A stretch of 64,000 nucleotides of DNA from Chrysomallon squamiferum. Lineage: Eukaryota; Animalia; Mollusca. The stretch lies in NCBI GenBank assembly GCA_012295275.1, contig CM022665.1, positions 23,126,001-23,190,000 of the forward strand. Direction: 5' to 3'. Position numbers and translations under genes: made by a program. Each line of letters opens with the position of its first letter. Position 1 is the first letter of the stretch. Below, piece after piece: positions 57,492 through 64,000 of this stretch. The notes under the pieces are model-generated. The model searched no databases. It was not told the origin of the DNA and worked only from the letters and a program-made list of their open reading frames with translations.

Positions 57492-58960
57492 CGTTATTAT
57501 TATTATTATTATTATTATTTTTTTTTTTAAAACGACCACAAAACAAATACTAAGAAAAAAAGAAAGAAAGAAAAATGCATAAACAGATACCCCACATAAC
57601 ATCACTATTGACAAACTGACAAATCGAAGATAGATAACTCAAAAGGTCGATGTCAAGTTTGTATGCCGCCGGATATTAGCAACAACAGTTTGCTAAATAT
57701 TTAAACAGATAAATATCTGTCGCAAACTGACACCCACGAAAAAAGGCGTAAGTTCAGTGAGATGCTAATTTAGATATTTCTTTCACAGTTGTGGAATTTT
57801 AGCCTGCATGTTCTTCTGCTTGTTACTTAGTATGCTAGTTATTTAATATAATTATTTATCCGTCGATTACTTCGTCCAGTTCGTGATTATTGTATTTACG
57901 CCGTTGATGTGAGCTGTCTGTCTATGATATAGTATGTATGAATATTAGTATTCAGGTCCCATGAAGTGGCTAAATAATGTTCTGTTACTTAGTGTGCAGT
58001 ATATAAATGTTATATCTTCTGATTTAATTTGTTTCACATTCCTTTATTACTTCATTCATTATTCGAACATCGAACGATATTAAATAAAGAGAGAAGACAA
58101 GATTTTAAAAATGTTATATAAAAAAAAGAAGAAGAAGTAATTTAAATGTTCTTGTCATAGACTACTGTTGTCGTTGTTGTTGTTGTTTTGGTGGTGGTTC
58201 TAATGGTTGTAATGATTGTGGTGACAGTCACTGTAGTTGATTCTGATGTTTTAGTTGTTAGTGTTTTTCAGAACTGACTTTCTTTTTTGTTGTTTTTTAG
58301 TTTTCTCCCACCATCTCCTCCGAACATCCGAAATAAACGTACATATAAAAATTTCGCTTACTTATCACACCTTGTAACATGATGATGAGGATAACATTAT
58401 TTCACCGTCATGACCCATTTACATTATGAGTACCGTGTGTATCTAATCGGCCCATACCAAGACGATACGATTATCCTATCTGTCTTTCAAAAGGCGATCT
58501 TTCACAGCTTTTAGCGATACTGCGAAATAGATGTAGATATTTCTCATCACATCTTTGAAAGCTATTCATATGCCATCGTAATATCAATATTTATATTTCT
58601 CCAATCGCTTCCCTAGTATTTACCATCTAAAATGAAAAGAAAACAAACATACAATGATACGTTCACGTGTTACAAATCCTTTTAAGACCAACAAATTAAG
58701 TGTTTGTGTTCCGCTCCTATTATTTGCATCACACCTAGGTAGAGACCTATTATACCCACGGGAGTCCTGCCTATTTAGTATACCAATCTAAATGTCTATT
58801 ATACAGTTTTTGTCGGCTGACACAAAACCCTTGTCAGCTAGTTTGTTTTGAGCGAAAGAGATTCCAGTATTTGCTTGCTTATAATCAGTCACGCGTAATC
58901 TACGAGCTAAGACATATGTTTCAAAGACGACAGATTTGTCCTTAAAAGAAATTGGAAGTG

Positions 58961-59030
58961 TGTGTCGTGTAATCTTGTATTGTTAGAATGTCGCTGATAC
59001 AGAGGGCTTGGGCTTCAGTTCCCATACACA
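58961..59030 (+). mobile_element. Possible highly decayed tRNA-like SINE head
   Basis: GTCGTGTAATCTTGTATTGTTAGAATGTCG…AGAGGGCTTGGGCTTCAGTTCCC has loose A-box/B-box resemblance only. Confidence 0.2.
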
Positions 59031-59516
59031 CAGGTCCAGTCAGGGATCTCATTAGAAAGAATCTAGAATGTAATTTTATAGAATATAACCTTTCACAAAA
59101 CACCAGTAAAACGAATAGGTTTCGATAGATATTGAGTTATTAAGTAAGCACTGAACTGATAGCTGAAGAGGGCAAGTTAAAATATTTAGTGAAAGGTTGC
59201 ATGAAAAATGAAATATAATACTTTTAAAGTGTTTTAGAAAGAAGTTCTAAGTATTTATTTTTATTTAAAAAAAAAAAAAAAAAAAAAAATTGAATAAAGG
59301 TAAAACAAATAAAAAAGAAACAAAACAACAAAAACAAATAAAAAATGTCAAATTTTATTTGTCACTGTCAGTAAAAACAGTTTCAAACTGCCTTTAAACA
59401 ATGGCCAACCATTGTTCAAGGATGACTGAACTAGGATATGTCGATTTTTCCTTGATTAATCCACTAACCGGTCTAGCAATTTATTTAAAAAAAAATATCA
59501 TCCGATCTATCTATCT

Positions 59517-59578
<62 letters not shown>

Positions 59579-59649
59579 CTATCTATATATAGACAATATT
59601 TAAGCCATTTTTATATAACCTCGTATATTTTTTTAAGCTCTCTCTCTCT

Positions 59650-59753
<104 letters not shown>

Positions 59754-60143
59754 AGCTTATGAAAAATTTCCAAGCTGAAAAGATGTATATGAACCCATTT
59801 AGCTGATAATAATGGCCAAGACGATAACCCCATAGTATATTGACAGCTCTCCATATGTTAAATTCTGGGGTTAACGTTTAACAGGAAAGTATTGCTGGTG
59901 TATAACATACGCTACTTTCTTTTGAAGTTTAATCTGTTGAACTGCTGTCCCAGTCCCACAGTGAAGATCTAGAGCTTTCAGAATTAATGGTGAAAGACAA
60001 CATGGATCATTAAACTAGCAACACGGTGTTAAAAGGACAGTCATTGTTTCAGTACAACGTGATCTTTAATCTGTGTTTGGATATTCGTAAAGTCAATGAT
60101 AAAACAAACAAACCACACCAAAAAGAAATAAGCCAACAACATC

Positions 60144-60177
<34 letters not shown>

Positions 60178-60309
60178 TTAATAACAATAACAACAACAAC
60201 ATTAATAACAATAATAATAATAACAGTAATAACAACAATAACAATAACTATCATAATAATAATAATAATAATAATAATAACAGTAATAACAACAATAACA
60301 ATAACTATC

Positions 60310-60372
<63 letters not shown>

Positions 60373-60388
60373 GTAATAATAATAATAA
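60144..60388. repeat. Compound (AAT/AAC)n array with an internal ~60-bp tandem duplication
   Basis: The interruption pattern AACAGTAATAACAACAATAACAATAACTATCAT occurs twice (~60222 and ~60279). Confidence 0.85.
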
Positions 60389-60660
60389 AAGTTAACTTTT
60401 TCTCCAGTACTTTATAAATGCTGGGTAATTACAGTCATCACTGTTTTTTCATTATCACATGCATCAGCTTCAGAATAATGACATATTTATTTATTTTTTA
60501 AATTTATTTATTTATTCATAACAAACAAAATTATTGTTTCTATTAGCTCTGACCCAGACACAGTCTTTCGAAATTCAAAAAGTAAATCTCCTTTTAGCTC
60601 TAACAATGTTTTTAAATAATATTATTTGATTTTTAAAAACTATTTATCAACCCTTTAAAT

Positions 60661-60703
<43 letters not shown>

Positions 60704-61103
60704 TACCACTTTTTATGTGTTATAAATTTTGTTTTAATAGTTATTCATTCTTTTTTTTTTTTTGTTATAAAAAGTATCAATACTTCATTCTTCATAATAA
60801 AACCATATATTGGTAAAGTATCTATATAATGTTCCAGTTTCATGTCTACATACACACATACACATGGCAATGAACTATCATTATTTTTCTTCTTTCTTTT
60901 TTTTTTTTTTTAAATTCACAAAACATTTTCTATATAATTATAAAATTTGTATTTTATTTTTTATTTATTATTATTACAAACAACAGTAATATTTCATTGT
61001 TCATATCAAAACCGTGTATTTATGTGTCTACATGTACAGGTACACATACATGCATGCTAGGAATCTGCTCGTGCGCGTTTATCCCACACTAATTATAAAA
61101 CAC

Positions 61104-61191
61104 CTGCATTTCAGTACAAAACGTCTGAGATCCTTCAGCGGATCGGTGCAGCTCAAGTCTTACCTGTAAAGAAGGAGAAAATGAAGAAAAA
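61104..61191 (-). other. Candidate recursive splice site (acceptor that regenerates a donor) with a possible 60-nt cryptic exon
   Basis: Minus strand reads TTTTTCTTCATTTTCTCCTTCTTTACAG|GTAAGA (junction 61164/61163). A weak downstream donor CAG|GTGTTT lies at 61104/61103. Confidence 0.35.
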
Positions 61192-62097
61192 CTAGCTCAA
61201 TTATCTCCACCACTATATCGTTTACTGTAGATCGCGTTCAGTCTCAATGAGGTCTTTTCTCCCGAGGGTAAATTTCACACTCGATACTATATCTTTTGTC
61301 CGGGCTTGTTAGATTGAACGACGTCTCATAACAAAATGTTAACATATATACAGCTAGATATGAGTCTATTATTCTTCGATGTCCACTTCAATAAGGATCT
61401 AAACACCAATTGTCATGATGTATCTCATGTGCGATCCCATTTCTGTCAAACCACAACAAATAAGCCTAAGGCCTTCTGCAAGCTAGAGAGAGAGGTGATT
61501 TTTTTTTCTTGCTATCAGAAGAAAGAAGGACAATTGTTAAAATGTCACTGAATAGGTTTCATATCAGACCTACAAAAGGTGCTTGAGAAATCTCTTAAAT
61601 TGACGTTGATTAAGCGCTAAAAATACAATAGACTAAAACCATCCTGAATGTGAATATTCGGAGTTTTTTACCCCCTCCATTTTGTATGTGTATTTTCTCC
61701 ATAGAAAATGTGTTTATTCCCAGGAAATTACCTGATGATTAATATCTGTGATACTATGGAATAGAAGTATATCTCAACCTGATAAAAAAAAAAAGAATGA
61801 AAAAAAAAAAAAAAAAGACTAAAAATCTAAAACCATGTACAGGTATGCTGTATAGAAAAGTAAGAACACGAGTCAAGAAACGAAGGAACAAAGAGGTGTT
61901 TTCAGAAATCATTTAAAATAAACGTTTTAAAGAACTTTTTATCAATGAAAAATAAAAAAAATAAACTATTATACTTTTTCTGTGTTATGAGTCTTCGTTT
62001 ATGCATGCTGATTCAACTTGAAATGCAAAATTTAAAATCTATTTTTGTGGATTCACTAACGCATGAATAATAATATAAGGCATGAAAATAGCCCCTT

Positions 62098-62141
<44 letters not shown>

Positions 62142-62352
62142 TATATTTGTACGCGCATGTATGTATGAACGTATGTTCATATGTGCGTGTGTGTGTTTGT
62201 GTGTGTGTGTGTATGTGTGTGTTCTTGTACATACTATTTATGAATGCTTGTATTAAATATTTTCTAATTTATTTCATTCATTCATTGATTTAGTCTTCTT
62301 CTTTTTCTTCTTGTTCTTCTTGTTCTTCTTCTTCCTCTTCTTATTCTTATCC

Positions 62353-62404
<52 letters not shown>

Positions 62405-62787
62405 CATTGCCGCCAGTGCTCTTTAAATTTGTAAGAAATTTTATTTTAAGTCAACAGACTCTACAAATACCAATGGTTTCCTTAATCCATTCCTACAACC
62501 ATTTAATTACAGAAATACAACAAACTAATTACAGAAGTCGTTGTCTGGACTATTTACTATTTTGATATTAAAGGTAAAAACTCATTAAAATACTTGTTCT
62601 CCTTTTCTTCGATATTTTCCAGCCTGATATTAAAGGTAAATTTATTTGTGGGAAAAATGTTGTTCAATTATTCTTAACATGAACCACCCTAATCCAGTAT
62701 CTTTTGAGATATTAAACACCAGATTTTTCTTAACACCGCCTAATCTTCTTCTGTTAGATGTTTTTTTTTTTTTTTTTTTTTTTTTTT

Positions 62788-62830
<43 letters not shown>

Positions 62831-63177
62831 ATTTAAGAAGTGTTTTGTATGAAAAAATAAGTAATGAAGGAATTTTTATATACGTTGACACGAAGTTGTC
62901 ATTTTTAGAAGTATAATTTCAGAGTAGAGAGTTGTTTCTTATAACGATAAAAATATCTGTACTCAAAACTGCTTCCAGTAATCCTTCATAAACTGAAGAC
63001 TTATAAAGTTAATAATATTCGACAATCGAAAAAATAATAATAAAAATAAAAATATATATAAAAATATATATAAAAAATAAATAAATATAATAAATATTAA
63101 AAATGTTAGAATTAATAGTTTTCACAATAGTAAGTATTACTGTTTAAAAATATATTCTTATTTTATAATTCTTCTTC

Positions 63178-63217
<40 letters not shown>

Positions 63218-63616
63218 TATTATTATTATTATTATTTTCAGAAAAAGTGTAAAATACGCAAAAAAAAATGTGTAAATCAGTGAGAACGATAACAAAAATT
63301 AAAATTAAAATAATAATAATAATAATAATAATGATAATAATAATAATAATAAAACTATCATCAAGGTGATAATAAATATTATCGTGATAATCTTAAATAC
63401 TGAATGCAAAATAAATGCATCATTAATATAACATCACTGTTTGATAATGTCTAAATATAAAACGAAAGTCAAATGATAAAATAATGATAAATAAATATTT
63501 TTTTATGCTAGGCTATTGCATTTCATTTCCATTTTCATGTTAGCATTTTTTTTAATAATACTACTAATAAAAATAATATTCTGTATCTTCTTCTTTTTTC
63601 TTTTCTTCTTCTTCTT

Positions 63617-63647
<31 letters not shown>

Positions 63648-63862
63648 TTATTATTATTATTATTATTATCATCATTGGTATTTGTTGCTATTTGAATTTG
63701 TTAATGTTGTAGTACTTGTTGTTGTTCTTCTTATTAAAAGATTAACTTATTTATTTATTTATTTATTTTTTGGTCCGAGCAGAATCGTAATATGATTTTT
63801 TGTTTAAAATAACGCAAAACACAACAAACAACTACAACAACAACAACAACAACAACAACATC

Positions 63863-63916
<54 letters not shown>

Positions 63917-64000
63917 TATAATAATAATAATAATTAAGTAAATAAATTATTAAATAAATGACTAAATAAATAAATAATTAAAAAAACTATTAAATTCTTT

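Noticed and set aside
62564-62641. 16-bp direct repeat TGATATTAAAGGTAAA about 62 bp apart
   Set aside because: Only two copies and AT-rich; most likely a local duplication, not an array or a clear target-site duplication.

Overview
Eukaryotic (animal) genomic DNA, very AT-rich and saturated with microsatellites: (AAT)n, (AAAT)n, (AG)n, (AC)n, (AT)n, (ATAC)n and poly-A/T. A degenerate SINE-like relic near 5.9 kb resembles, from memory, a gastropod repeat family, so a mollusc is plausible but unproven. None of the ORFs in the supplied track looks like a real protein. I find one convincing coding segment that the track misses: a + strand terminal exon at 4668-4884. It opens (R)|LQQRQ after a phase-2 acceptor and encodes an acidic, Ser/Thr-rich tail ending TGA TAA. 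Junction sequence and phase match the conserved Six3/6 (Optix) intron (…AAAAKN-R|LQ…), but the homeobox is outside the window, so the identity is an inference from about 4 residues plus phase. The remaining ~59 kb has no recognisable gene. It consists of roughly 20 microsatellite-free, CpG-containing islands (0.3-1.3 kb) between simple-repeat spacers, as expected for the regulatory landscape of a developmental transcription factor. Best leads: a well-formed minus-strand recursive-splice-like site (CAG|GTAAG) near 61.16 kb, orphan + strand exon candidates, and a possible Six3/6-Six1/2 boundary region. No tRNA, rRNA, known miRNA, CRISPR array or intact transposon was recognised. I cannot demonstrate a new biological system from the sequence alone.
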